The notes under the pieces: generated by a model
Seen by the model: only the letters and a program-made list of their open reading frames with translations
What the model was told of the DNA's origin: nothing
Database searches by the model: none
Shown here: one piece after another, positions 1 through 8,577 of the stretch
Layout: each line of letters starts with the position of its first letter
Numbering within the stretch: position 1 is the first letter of the stretch
Origin: an uncultured Methanotrichaceae archaeon
GTDB lineage: Archaea > Halobacteriota > Methanosarcinia > Methanotrichales > Methanotrichaceae
Reading direction: 5' to 3'
Length of the DNA stretch: 64,000 nucleotides
Assembly (NCBI GenBank): GCA_964632755.1
Contig: CAZWDT010000002.1
Location: 2,279 to 66,278 of the forward strand
Program-made: the position numbers and the translations under genes

Positions 1-530
1 TTTCGGCGGGGAATCGCTCCGAGAATCGGGTGGTCTATCGCCTGGCGGAGCATCTCCAGATGGCGCGGGCTTCCAACCTGGTTGAGGATCACGCCAGCTA
101 AGCGGAGCGCGGGATCGAAGCCTGCAAAGCCCTGGACAACTGCCCCTGCGCTCCTGGACATGCCGTGAACGTTGACGACCAATATCACATCGAGCCCGAG
201 CGCCTTTGCCACATGGGCTGAGCTTGCCAGGTCGCCGCCGTCCATGCCGTCGAAAAGGCCCATCACTCCCTCTGCGACGCATACGTCAGCGCCCTTGATT
301 GCGCTGGAAAACGACCTCCGAACGCCATCTTCCCCCATCATGAAGGTGTCCAGGTTCCGCGAGGTCCTCTCGCAGATGATCGAGTGGTGTGTGGGATCGA
401 TGAAGTCGGGCCCGACCTTGAAGGGCTGGACATCGAGGCCGCGGGCTCGCAAGGCTGCCATGAGGCCGAGGGTTATGATCGTCTTTCCTACACCGCTATG
501 GGTGCCGGCGACCATGAATGCCGGGATCAT
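1..530 (-). CDS. cobyrinic acid a,c-diamide synthase family protein, N-terminal part (CbiA/CobB type; in a methanogen it could equally be the F430 enzyme CfbB); the 3' end lies outside the window
   Basis: My own minus-strand translation from the ATG at complement(528..530) reads [49 protein letters not shown]...GVMGLFDG...[20 protein letters not shown] and [10 protein letters not shown] are hallmark motifs of this amidase family. It is absent from the ORF track because it runs off the edge. The + ORFs 172..612 and 384..593 are shadows. Confidence 0.8.
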   Translation of the reverse strand, partial: [176 protein letters not shown]

Positions 531-806
531 GCAGGCCTATTCCGAACCGCTACTAGATTATCCTTTCCAGGGCCTCTCCGCCAGAAGATCTAAGCAGTCG
601 ATGGGAGTATAAGGTAAAAATAGATACTATTAAATTTAATAGATGCTACATACGCATGGAGTACACTAGATGATAACTTATCATTGAGAATTATTCATCC
701 AGATCTCTCTCATACTAACATTTATGTAGAATGAATGATACGATTGTTCATGCATTTGTATCCATAGCAAAAACTAATACTATAAACTATCAAAGATGGA
801 TGTAAT

Positions 807-3800
807 ATGACTCGAAATGTTCTTCTATCAACCATAATTCTCTCCATTCTTTTTAGCGGAGGCGCAATTGGAGAGATCTCCTCCAGCTTCTCTGCTAGCG
901 ATGGCAAGGCGACCGTGGGCTTCTCGACGATATTCGGCGCAGAAGTCGAGGATCGGATCTCGGACAGCGCCACAGCCGCCTTCTCCGGGGGATTGGGCCT
1001 CTCCCGGACGCTTCAGGTCGCGGGAGACCTGCACGAGAGGCACTCTGTAAACGATGCGACAAACGGCCTCTACGCCATGGTCGCAGTCGACGTATCAAAC
1101 GCAGAGGACTGCATCTACAAATACGTCATGTATCCTGGCGAGGGTGAAGTTGGGCCGAGCGCCTACGTTCAGGCCCGCCAGAGCCTGACATCGATTGGCG
1201 CCGACGATATCGACGCAACGATCCAGGCCACAAACGCCAGGGGCTGCAGGGCAACCGGGAATCTGAGAAATGGCGGCACAGTGCAGGGCTACATTGGAAC
1301 CGCCAGGGCCACGGTCGATTATGCAACGGTATCTCAATCTGTGGATCATATCGAGACCATTCCCTTGACAACAACCGAGCTTTTCACCTGCGCAGAGACA
1401 GGATCTTCTGGGATTCCAGATTTCTATACGGCATCCCAGAGATTGACCTTGGAGGGTGGATCTGCAGATAACTACAGGGCCAGCTCCACCGCCCGGCTCG
1501 ATCAGGCGACCACCTCTCTGACATCTGTCGAGATCTCGGTCCCAGAGGGCGAGGCCAGGTTGCAGATGGGCTCTTTTGCAAACAGCTTGGACTTATCGAC
1601 CGGATTTCTGACAGACCTCGCTCTCGGCCAGGCGACGCTTTCAGCATGCGTTGGAGTCGATGGCACGAGGGCATGGGCCGATATTCAATCGATCGATGGC
1701 AGCGGTAGCATCGAGAGCTGGATCCGGGCAGGGGATGTAACATGGAACTTCGAGACCATCGATTCCGGGACGTATGCCAGGTCATATACAAACCTCGCCT
1801 CCGGCGACCTTCTCCTGAGCGGATATGCGCTCGATAGGGGGGACGACAGGACGGTGCAGGTGCATACGGAGGGAGAGGGCACTATCACCCAGGATCTGGC
1901 CGCCCAGGACGAGGATCTGGCGGTCCAGTCAACGTCCCACGTCCTTGTAGATGGAGGGACCCTGACCTACGATGGGCTCGTCAAGGGTCATAACACAGGG
2001 GTGAGTACTGAGACCGACCTGCAAGCCCAGGCCCCAGAGGGATCGGTAGAGTATATATTGACTGCAGGGGACATTGTTCAGCAAGCTTCTGCCCTATACG
2101 AGGGGGAAGAGGATGATGAACCAGTTCCTAAGGATGAATATGTTACCTATGAACAAGTGATGAATTTTGATAATCCTGGATTTTTAGCTCTTGTCGCTAA
2201 TGCACCGATAGACTTGAAGAATAAGGAAAATTTTATGCGATCCATTCTCAAGATTAAGGAAGACGTGGTGGCACGTGCGAAAAAAATAGATAACTTCCTC
2301 AATGCTCGCAGCCAATATGGGGAAGAATATTCTAAGATTGGACAAATAATGGAATTAGATAACGCTGGAGACTTTTTCCAGGATGCAAGGTTTCATATCG
2401 CCTATGATAAAAACTATAATGCGCAGCTGGTCGAAATCACATATAACATAGCCCCTGAGCCTGAAGTCCAAAGTTCATTGGCATCAATCCCTCCCCTCCA
2501 GGAGAATGGAGACCAGGCGAGGTTCTACCAGAAGCTGGAGGCCGCAACTCCCGGATGCTCTTCAGACATATTGTACGCCTACGACGAGCTCGATGTCTAT
2601 GAAGGAGTCGTCCAGGGATCCTATCAGGCCTTGATCGGTGGCGTTGGGACGCCCGATGCATATGCAGCAATCGCGATCGACGACCTCTTCGTAGAGACAA
2701 CCGATTCAGGCACTGGAAGCGAGATCAGGCAGATAAGTGGAGCGACGAACGGCTTGATGAGCACATCCTCGACAACACATCTGCAGACAACTGGAAGCGA
2801 TATCGATACGGGAGCAAGCCTCGAGGGCTCAGGAACGATCCTAGCCACCGATGATAGGGCCCAGCAGAGGCTCGACATCGATGGAAGCTTGACGAGCCCC
2901 GGAAACGCGTATTTCTATATAAATTCCCTCTATGGCGAGAACTGGGATCTGTTCAACGATCTGGAGATGAGATATGATTATGGATATCCGGGCCAAAATC
3001 CTCAGTTCAGCTTCGACGGGCTTGCCCTCGCGAGATCGAATCCCAATCCCCAGGCCCTGATCAACTATCAGATCGGGGCCGGAGGTGGAACGTGGAATCT
3101 CGATGAAGGGGCAACTACAATGGTCAACGATCCATCCCTCCTAGAGCTTGTGGAGGGACCATCTGCCTTAGCTAAGCTGGGCGTCTGGGACGAAGGCGCA
3201 AGATTCAGCCTTGAGGGTGCGATCGTCTCCAGCAGCGATGCTTCGGGGATGAGTACGAGAATCACCAACAGGAATGTGCAGGAAGAGGGCACGATAATAA
3301 ATTACTGGACAAAGGCATCGAGCAAGGATTGTTCCGCCATAATCTCTCTCGGTAGGGGTTACATCTATCCCGCCCATATAGGAATAGGATCGATCTCTGC
3401 CATAGCCGACCAGTCCGGATCGATCGTTAGCGCAGAGGATATAGGTGCAGACGGCCAGGAGTTATTATTCAATGCCTATGTATTTAACGAGGAGAACTCC
3501 GCTCGATTAATGATCAATCCAATTGGATCCAGAGACGATCCCGACAGTCCGGGTAATCTGGAGATCGGATCGATCTCTGCTGCAACCGATCAATCCAAAT
3601 CGACGGTCAGTGTAAATGATCTGCAGGCAGAAGGCCCATTTATGACGAATCTCGAATTTACGGGAGGCAAGATTGAGACTTCATCCTATCTCTACGTGCC
3701 AGGCGCTCTGTACAACAGCAACATTGCTTTCAGCGGATATATCCAGGACCAAGGAAGCGGCCTTGACCGGGCCGTTCGAGGGATGATTATGGATCTGCGG

Positions 3801-4466
3801 GCAGCCGGTGATGATTTGATCTTCAAGGCCGAGGCATCAAACCAGGAGAACGTCGTCCAGCTCTCTACAAAACCCTACAGTTGCACTGGAAATCCCGCCA
3901 GTTTGGAGATCGGATCGATCTCTGCCTCAGCCGATACATCCGGATCGATGGTCCGCGTAAATGATCTGCAGGCAGAGGGCCCAAGCAGCATCGACCTCTC
4001 CCTTTGGGGAGGCGATGCGAATACATATACGCTCCACTCAAGAATGGGCGCAGAACTCGCAAATGGCGGAGAGATCGCATTCAGCGGCTACATCCAGGAT
4101 ACAGGACGCGGCGATGACCGGGCGGTTCGAGAGACGACCTCGAGCCTTGTAGCCTCTGGCGAAAGCATCGATGTGGTGCACGAAGCGTATGCAGGCGAAT
4201 CCAGCTCCAAGGTGGAGACGATCGTGGATAACGGCGAGATATCGAGCTTATACGGCTACGCAGCATCCACTCCCTTGACGATGCTCGCCTATCAGAGGGC
4301 GGTTGCAGACGGAACGAGTATCCAGGGCATAGGCTTGGCCTACAATCCCGGAAGCGTGCCGGACACGGCTGAAGGATCGATCGAGAAGGACTTTCCAATC
4401 CTCTTCTACAACAGGGCCTGGACCGATCCGGATCCGCATGAGCAGCACAGCTGGAGGATCTATTGA
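807..4466 (+). CDS. large acidic secreted/surface protein, paralog 1 of a three-member family in this window (no named family recognised)
   Basis: 1219-aa ORF. The signal-like N-terminus MTRNVLLSTIILSILFSGGAIG is followed by EISSSFSASDGKATVGFST..DRISD..FSGGLGLSR, which is shared with the ORFs at 35284 and 38449. The C-terminal FYNRAWTDP motif is also shared. Composition is S/T/G/A/D-rich and Lys-poor. The upstream region is AT-rich. Confidence 0.85.
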   Translation: MTRNVLLSTIILSILFSGGAIGEISSSFSASDGKATVGFSTIFGAEVEDRISDSATAAFSGGLGLSRTLQVAGDLHERHSVNDATNGLYAMVAVDVSNAEDCIYKYVMYPGEGEVGPSAYVQARQSLTSIGADDIDATIQATNARGCRATGNLRNGGTVQGYIGTARATVDYATVSQSVDHIETIPLTTTELFTCAETGSSGIPDFYTASQRLTLEGGSADNYRASSTARLDQATTSLTSVEISVPEGEARLQMGSFANSLDLSTGFLTDLALGQATLSACVGVDGTRAWADIQSIDGSGSIESWIRAGDVTWNFETIDSGTYARSYTNLASGDLLLSGYALDRGDDRTVQVHTEGEGTITQDLAAQDEDLAVQSTSHVLVDGGTLTYDGLVKGHNTGVSTETDLQAQAPEGSVEYILTAGDIVQQASALYEGEEDDEPVPKDEYVTYEQVMNFDNPGFLALVANAPIDLKNKENFMRSILKIKEDVVARAKKIDNFLNARSQYGEEYSKIGQIMELDNAGDFFQDARFHIAYDKNYNAQLVEITYNIAPEPEVQSSLASIPPLQENGDQARFYQKLEAATPGCSSDILYAYDELDVYEGVVQGSYQALIGGVGTPDAYAAIAIDDLFVETTDSGTGSEIRQISGATNGLMSTSSTTHLQTTGSDIDTGASLEGSGTILATDDRAQQRLDIDGSLTSPGNAYFYINSLYGENWDLFNDLEMRYDYGYPGQNPQFSFDGLALARSNPNPQALINYQIGAGGGTWNLDEGATTMVNDPSLLELVEGPSALAKLGVWDEGARFSLEGAIVSSSDASGMSTRITNRNVQEEGTIINYWTKASSKDCSAIISLGRGYIYPAHIGIGSISAIADQSGSIVSAEDIGADGQELLFNAYVFNEENSARLMINPIGSRDDPDSPGNLEIGSISAATDQSKSTVSVNDLQAEGPFMTNLEFTGGKIETSSYLYVPGALYNSNIAFSGYIQDQGSGLDRAVRGMIMDLRAAGDDLIFKAEASNQENVVQLSTKPYSCTGNPASLEIGSISASADTSGSMVRVNDLQAEGPSSIDLSLWGGDANTYTLHSRMGAELANGGEIAFSGYIQDTGRGDDRAVRETTSSLVASGESIDVVHEAYAGESSSKVETIVDNGEISSLYGYAASTPLTMLAYQRAVADGTSIQGIGLAYNPGSVPDTAEGSIEKDFPILFYNRAWTDPDPHEQHSWRIY
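2045..2490 (+). other. in-frame AT-rich cassette inside paralog 1 (about residues 413-561) with K/E/N-rich composition
   Basis: The stretch is visibly AT-rich (e.g. gaataaggaaaattttatgcgatccattctcaagattaagg) and flanked by GC-rich coding DNA. The encoded peptide ...KDEYVTYEQVMNFDNPGFLALVANAPIDLKNKENFMRSILKIKEDVVARAKKIDNFLNARSQYGEEYSKIGQIMELDNAGDFFQDARFHIAYDKNYNAQLVEITYNI... is unlike the S/T/G/D-rich remainder of the protein. The reading frame is uninterrupted. Confidence 0.7.
3381..4135 (+). repeat. in-frame tandem repeat inside paralog 1 (one truncated unit plus two full units of about 345 nt / 115 aa)
   Basis: ggatcgatctctgc recurs near 3387, 3567 and 3912. gtaaatgatctgcaggcaga(a/g)ggccc occurs at 3612 and 3957, exactly 345 nt apart. 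At protein level, LEIGSISA(A/S)(T/A)D.S.S.V.VNDLQAEGP and IAFSGYIQD.G.G.DRAVR each occur twice. Confidence 0.9.
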
Positions 4467-4607
4467 GGGCCTGAGGCAGGGTCCTGGGGAGTTGGCCGAT
4501 GCTCCCCCCCCCTTCGTCTCTTTTATTGGTGTATCTCCCATCCACTCACGCCGGATGTTGTTTTCATTCCGAAAAGGATAACTATCCATTACATCGATCC
4601 CCCTTGC

Positions 4608-5330
4608 ATGCAAGTAGGCGTCGTCACGAGGGGCAAGTATGGCGAGCGGCTGATAGAGACGATCAAGGAGCATACTGATTTCGTTGTTGTCTCCGTGGCC
4701 ATTCCCGAGTACCTGCCCGATTTCATCGAGGATCCGGAGGCCTTTTTAGACGATCTCAACCTGGATCAAGCGGTCTTCCGCTCCGACCTTTTGATCCTCT
4801 ACGTCTTCCATCCAGATCTCACCCCCGAGCTCCTGCGCCGGGCCGGAAGGGCTGGCGTCAAGGCCGCAATCGTCCCGGGAGGGATCGCTCGCGCTGGATC
4901 GATCGTGGAGCTGCAGGAGGTTGCAGAGGAGAGCGGAATTCCAATCGAGGTCGACGAGATCTGCTGCACGCTTGAGCCTTGCGGGATCGATGTGATCGAC
5001 GCCTTCGCTAAAGAGCTCGGCCGCCCCGAGATCCGCGTCGAGTCCGAGAACGGCCGGATCTCCAAGGTCGATGTGATACGGGGGTCGCCCTGCGGATCCA
5101 CATGGCATATGGCAAGGGAGATTGTTGGGCACACCGTCGAAGAGGCCCCGGCCCTCGCCGGCCTCATCTGCCAGCAGTATCCATGCCGGGCCGTTCGGGG
5201 GACGCCTGGGGGGATCCACACATCAGGGGATCTGCACAAGGATGCGATGGAGAGGGCGCTAGGCAAGGAGACAAACCTCGTCGTTCCCCCCCAGTCGAGG
5301 CCGATAAGGATTCGAGGGGATGAGAGATGA
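4608..5330 (+). CDS. DUF166-family protein (archaeal family sometimes annotated as a thymidylate synthase-like protein)
   Basis: 240-aa ORF. MQVGVVTRGKYGERLIETIKE..., ...EICCTLEPCG... and ...VIRGSPCGSTWHMA... match my memory of the DUF166 pattern. It overlaps the next gene by 4 nt. Confidence 0.55.
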   Translation: MQVGVVTRGKYGERLIETIKEHTDFVVVSVAIPEYLPDFIEDPEAFLDDLNLDQAVFRSDLLILYVFHPDLTPELLRRAGRAGVKAAIVPGGIARAGSIVELQEVAEESGIPIEVDEICCTLEPCGIDVIDAFAKELGRPEIRVESENGRISKVDVIRGSPCGSTWHMAREIVGHTVEEAPALAGLICQQYPCRAVRGTPGGIHTSGDLHKDAMERALGKETNLVVPPQSRPIRIRGDER

Positions 5331-6157
5331 GGCGAGAGGACGTGGTCGATGCATGCGTCTCTGCCCTTCGACGAGCGGAGACCTCCCTTCCCTCCTGGGT
5401 CGAGGACCTCATCCAGAGCGCAAGGGATGCTGAAGGCGATTCGCTTGCGCGCTCCAATCTCGAAGCAATCATCGAGAACATCAAAGCGGCAGCGGCCCGC
5501 GGGCTTCCCCTCTGCCAGGATACTGGCCTTCCAGTCTTCCACATCCTCCTCGGCCGCAAGGCAGAGCTTGGCTTCTCCCTTGAGGAGTCACTTGCTGAAG
5601 GCGTCCGCAAGGCGACCTTGGAGGTGCCGCTTCGTCCAAACGCCGTCGATCCCATTAGCCGCATTAACTCCGGCGACAACACGGGCCCTGGCATGCCGGC
5701 CTTGATCGTGGATCTCGTAGACGGCCGGGATCTCTCGATAACCGCGCTTCCCAAGGGCGCAGGGTCGGAGAACATGAGCGTAATTGCCATGCTCACTCCT
5801 GCAGACGATCCTCTGGAGTTCGTCGTAAGGGCGGTTGCCGAGAGGGGGGGAAACGCATGTCCGCCCCTCTTCGTGGGGGTGGGCCTTGGGGGGACGTTCG
5901 ACGGCGCAGCAGCCCTCTCGAAGAGGGCGCTCCTCCGGATGCCGGGATCATCCCCCCTGGAGCTAGAGCTATTGGAGCGGATAAACTCGCTTGGGATCGG
6001 GCCGATGGGCCTAGGAGGAGATACGACCGCCCTCGGAGTGAAGGTGGAGCAGGCATGCTGCCATACCGCATCGCTTCCCGTTGCCGTGAACATGCAATGC
6101 TGGGCTCACCGAAAGGCCACATCGATTGTGGGGGAGGATGGATGGAGCATCGCCTGA
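5327..6157 (+). CDS. fumA: class I (Fe-S) fumarate hydratase / tartrate dehydratase-type hydrolyase, alpha subunit
   Basis: 276 aa. LPLCQDTGLPVFHI, LRPNAV, ALPKGAGSENMS and CPPLFVGVGLGGT are characteristic of the N-terminal catalytic domain of class I fumarase. Confidence 0.85.
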   Translation: MRREDVVDACVSALRRAETSLPSWVEDLIQSARDAEGDSLARSNLEAIIENIKAAAARGLPLCQDTGLPVFHILLGRKAELGFSLEESLAEGVRKATLEVPLRPNAVDPISRINSGDNTGPGMPALIVDLVDGRDLSITALPKGAGSENMSVIAMLTPADDPLEFVVRAVAERGGNACPPLFVGVGLGGTFDGAAALSKRALLRMPGSSPLELELLERINSLGIGPMGLGGDTTALGVKVEQACCHTASLPVAVNMQCWAHRKATSIVGEDGWSIA

Positions 6158-6678
6158 GGACCCCCCTCTCATCCGTTGAGGTCCTCTTCCTGAAGGCTGG
6201 AGATATCGTATGGCTTTCCGGCACCATCTACACCGCCCGGGACAAGGCTCATGCCCAGCTCTTCCGCTGGAAGGATCTAATCCCCCTTGAAGGGGCAGCG
6301 ATCTACCACTGCGGCCCCTTGCTTCGCGGAGGCGACGTCATCTCCGCAGGCCCAACTACCAGCGGCCGGATGGCGAGGTATGCAAGCCAGGTCGTCGACC
6401 TCGGCGTCCGGGCAATCATCGGAAAAGGCGGCCTTCCAGGCGCTGCCGATTATCTTAGGGGAAGGGCCGTATACCTGGCCTATCCTGGGGGGTGCGGTGC
6501 CTCTGCGGCCGGACAGCTCCGCTTGAAGGGATCGTTCCTACCTGAGCTCGGCATGGCCGAGTCCATCTGGGAGATGGAGGCCGAGGAGCTCGGGCCGATG
6601 GTTGTTGCAATCGATGCCCATGGACGCGACCTCTACGCAGAGGTGAGGGCGCGAGCGTGCGGCCAGCTGGAGCGCTGA
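6142..6678 (+). CDS. fumB: class I fumarate hydratase, beta subunit
   Basis: I take the internal ATG at 6142 (MEHRLRTPL...) of track ORF 5857..6678. GDIVWLSGTIYTARDKAH, IYHCGP, GPTTSGRM and IGKGG match the beta (C-terminal domain) subunit. It overlaps the alpha gene by 16 nt. Confidence 0.85.
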   Translation: MEHRLRTPLSSVEVLFLKAGDIVWLSGTIYTARDKAHAQLFRWKDLIPLEGAAIYHCGPLLRGGDVISAGPTTSGRMARYASQVVDLGVRAIIGKGGLPGAADYLRGRAVYLAYPGGCGASAAGQLRLKGSFLPELGMAESIWEMEAEELGPMVVAIDAHGRDLYAEVRARACGQLER

Positions 6679-7364
6679 AGGGACGGGGCCTCGATCCCAT
6701 GAGATCCCAGCCCATTGGAATCGGGCCCGAGATTGCGGCCGCCGCAAAAGACCTGCGCTACCTCGTGGACCGCTCATACCCAAAGGACTATGCCTTGCGC
6801 TTTGTAGCCGACCATTACCGCCTCCCAAAGGATGAGCGCCATCTCCTCTTTCGGGTTGTGGTCGGCCGAAAGGCAGCAGAGGCAAGGCGGGGAAAGCTGT
6901 TGCCAGCAGAGGCGGCAAAGGGCCGGGCGCTTTCCCTCGACGGCTACAACGTGCTGATAACGACAGAGAGCTTCCTCTCTGGGGCACTGGTCTTTTTATG
7001 CGACGATGGCCTCTTGCGCGATATCCGCGGAGCATCTCGCAGCTTTCGCCGATCCGCAATCACGGGGACTGCAATCGAAGCCATCCTGGGCCTCCTCGCC
7101 CTTATCGAGCCGTCCGAGGTGCAGATCCTCTTCGACGCGCAGATCTCCAGATCTGGAGAGCTTGCAGCCCTCTTGCGAAAAGGCCTCTCCAGCAGGGGCC
7201 TTTCCGGCACCGCGAGAACCTGCCCGGCCGTCGACAGAGAGCTCAAGCTCTGCGGGATGATCGTTGCTACAGCAGACGGCCACATCATCGACGCGATCGA
7301 AGCGGCAGTCGATCTGCCGGCGGAGGTTGCGCGGCGCCGGGGGATCGTCCCATTGCGGATCTAA
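6657..7364 (+). CDS. conserved archaeal hypothetical protein (DUF434-like)
   Basis: 235-aa ORF with GC-rich coding bias. LRYLVDRSYPKDYALRFVADHYRL resembles the DUF434 N-terminal motif as I remember it. The true start may be the ATG at 6699. Confidence 0.45.
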   Translation: MRPAGALKGRGLDPMRSQPIGIGPEIAAAAKDLRYLVDRSYPKDYALRFVADHYRLPKDERHLLFRVVVGRKAAEARRGKLLPAEAAKGRALSLDGYNVLITTESFLSGALVFLCDDGLLRDIRGASRSFRRSAITGTAIEAILGLLALIEPSEVQILFDAQISRSGELAALLRKGLSSRGLSGTARTCPAVDRELKLCGMIVATADGHIIDAIEAAVDLPAEVARRRGIVPLRI

Positions 7365-7488
7365 TCGGTCCGTGGATACTTCCAAAAGTTAATTTAAAAT
7401 ACTACCTCTGTGAATATATCATATCAGCAATGAAGGGGATGTGCGGAACTTCCCTTGTCGTCGTCCCCTCACCGAGGTGAACCTAATT

Positions 7489-7953
7489 ATGAAGTCCGGA
7501 ATAGCGCTCGCGGTACTTGCCCTGCTCCTCGCGGGCACCGCAGAGGCCACCCCCCTGTTCTTTCCTCTGAGCGAGCACACCATGTCAAAGGAGGTTGGCC
7601 CTTGTGGCGAGCCACTGCAGAGGAGCTACACCTTCACCACTGCCGACACCCAGGCGGTATCCTGGCTGAAGATCTGGAGGGACCTGAAGATGCACTCGGT
7701 CGAGTGGCGCTGGTACTCCCCGAACGGCCGCGTCTACTCGCGCTCCTTCGGCGTGATTCCCCCAGTTGACGGCCCAGCCGGCTACTGGAGCTCTTGCATA
7801 TGGAGCGATCTTGCGATTCGCGGCTACGAGGTCTCCCTCATGCCGGGGACGTGGAAGGTCGACGTCTTCGTCGACTATCGGAAGGTGGCTACAGAGCTCT
7901 TCACGATAGGAGGAAACCAGGTACCCTGTTCCAAGAGCTACTGCAGGCCTTAA
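7489..7953 (+). CDS. small secreted protein, unknown function
   Basis: The internal ATG at 7489 gives the signal-like MKSGIALAVLALLLAGTAEA, followed by a Trp/Tyr-rich, beta-rich 135-aa domain. Confidence 0.6.
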   Translation: MKSGIALAVLALLLAGTAEATPLFFPLSEHTMSKEVGPCGEPLQRSYTFTTADTQAVSWLKIWRDLKMHSVEWRWYSPNGRVYSRSFGVIPPVDGPAGYWSSCIWSDLAIRGYEVSLMPGTWKVDVFVDYRKVATELFTIGGNQVPCSKSYCRP

Positions 7954-8067
7954 TCCCTAATCTATCCATTGATCAGCCTATCTGCCGGCGGCCCCTTGAG
8001 GGGGCCCCCAACTCCAAGATAGTTTAAATTAGAACCATGCATCACATTTAATCATGATATCGAGGCG

Positions 8068-8181
8068 ATGGCCAGGGACCACCAGGTGGAGATGGGCCGG
8101 ATCTTTCGAAAGGCCCTCTTCTTCATCCTCATAGCTGTAGCTGCGCTCTCGACTCTGGGGCTCTTTCTCTCGCTCAATTAG
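8068..8181 (+). CDS. possible 37-aa single-TM micro-protein ending at a TAG codon (see finding on in-frame continuation to 8301)
   Basis: My own translation reads MARDHQVEMGRIFRKALFFILIAVAALSTLGLFLSLN*. It is not in the ORF track because it is too short. Confidence 0.3.
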   Translation: MARDHQVEMGRIFRKALFFILIAVAALSTLGLFLSLN

Positions 8182-8344
8182 ATCATAGACGCATGGGTGA
8201 CGGACCGCTACGCTCCGCTCGCACGGGCGGCGCTATACGCCTTCTTGATGGCGGCCTCGATCTACATCATCTTGATGATCCTGTCGGCGGGGCCCCGATG
8301 ACATGGCAGGCGAACCTACTTCGCTTGATGGGGGATGTGAACAC

Positions 8345-8535
8345 CCCCTATTCACTCCTATTTCAACCACGAATGAGCGCGAATGAACGCTAATATAACA
8401 TTTAATTCACGTGCATATGTAGCCTATCACTCGATTAATACACCGCTTTATCTGAATTGCTTTGCATCATAGTTAGCAATAAGTTCGATTGAAAGGTCGG
8501 TTACCTTCAAGTAATCGATAAGATTCGAACGCCCT
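8345..8535 (+). repeat. dispersed AT-rich intergenic element, copy A (about 190 nt)
   Basis: It shares CAACC.CGAATGA...GCGAATGAACG(C/T)TAATAT, ...ACCGCTTTATC..., ...GTT(A/G)(G/A)CAATAAGT... and ...CCTTCAAGTAAT(C/T)GA... with copies at 20150..20340 (minus) and 42020..42200 (plus). Confidence 0.75.
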
Positions 8536-8577
8536 TCTCAAGCTATTCGACATCTCCCCCCGCAGACCTTCACCTTT

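Noticed and set aside
2045-2490. The AT-rich segment in paralog 1 could be an intein or an IS/MITE insertion.
   Set aside because: There is no Cys/Ser-initiated splicing block, no terminal His-Asn and no endonuclease motif. The frame is continuous and I saw no terminal inverted repeats. I kept it as a domain-cassette finding instead.
8515-8535. The string agattcgaacgcc resembles a tRNA T-arm.
   Set aside because: No acceptor stem, D-arm or anticodon arm can be drawn around it. I found no tRNA-like cloverleaf anywhere in the window.
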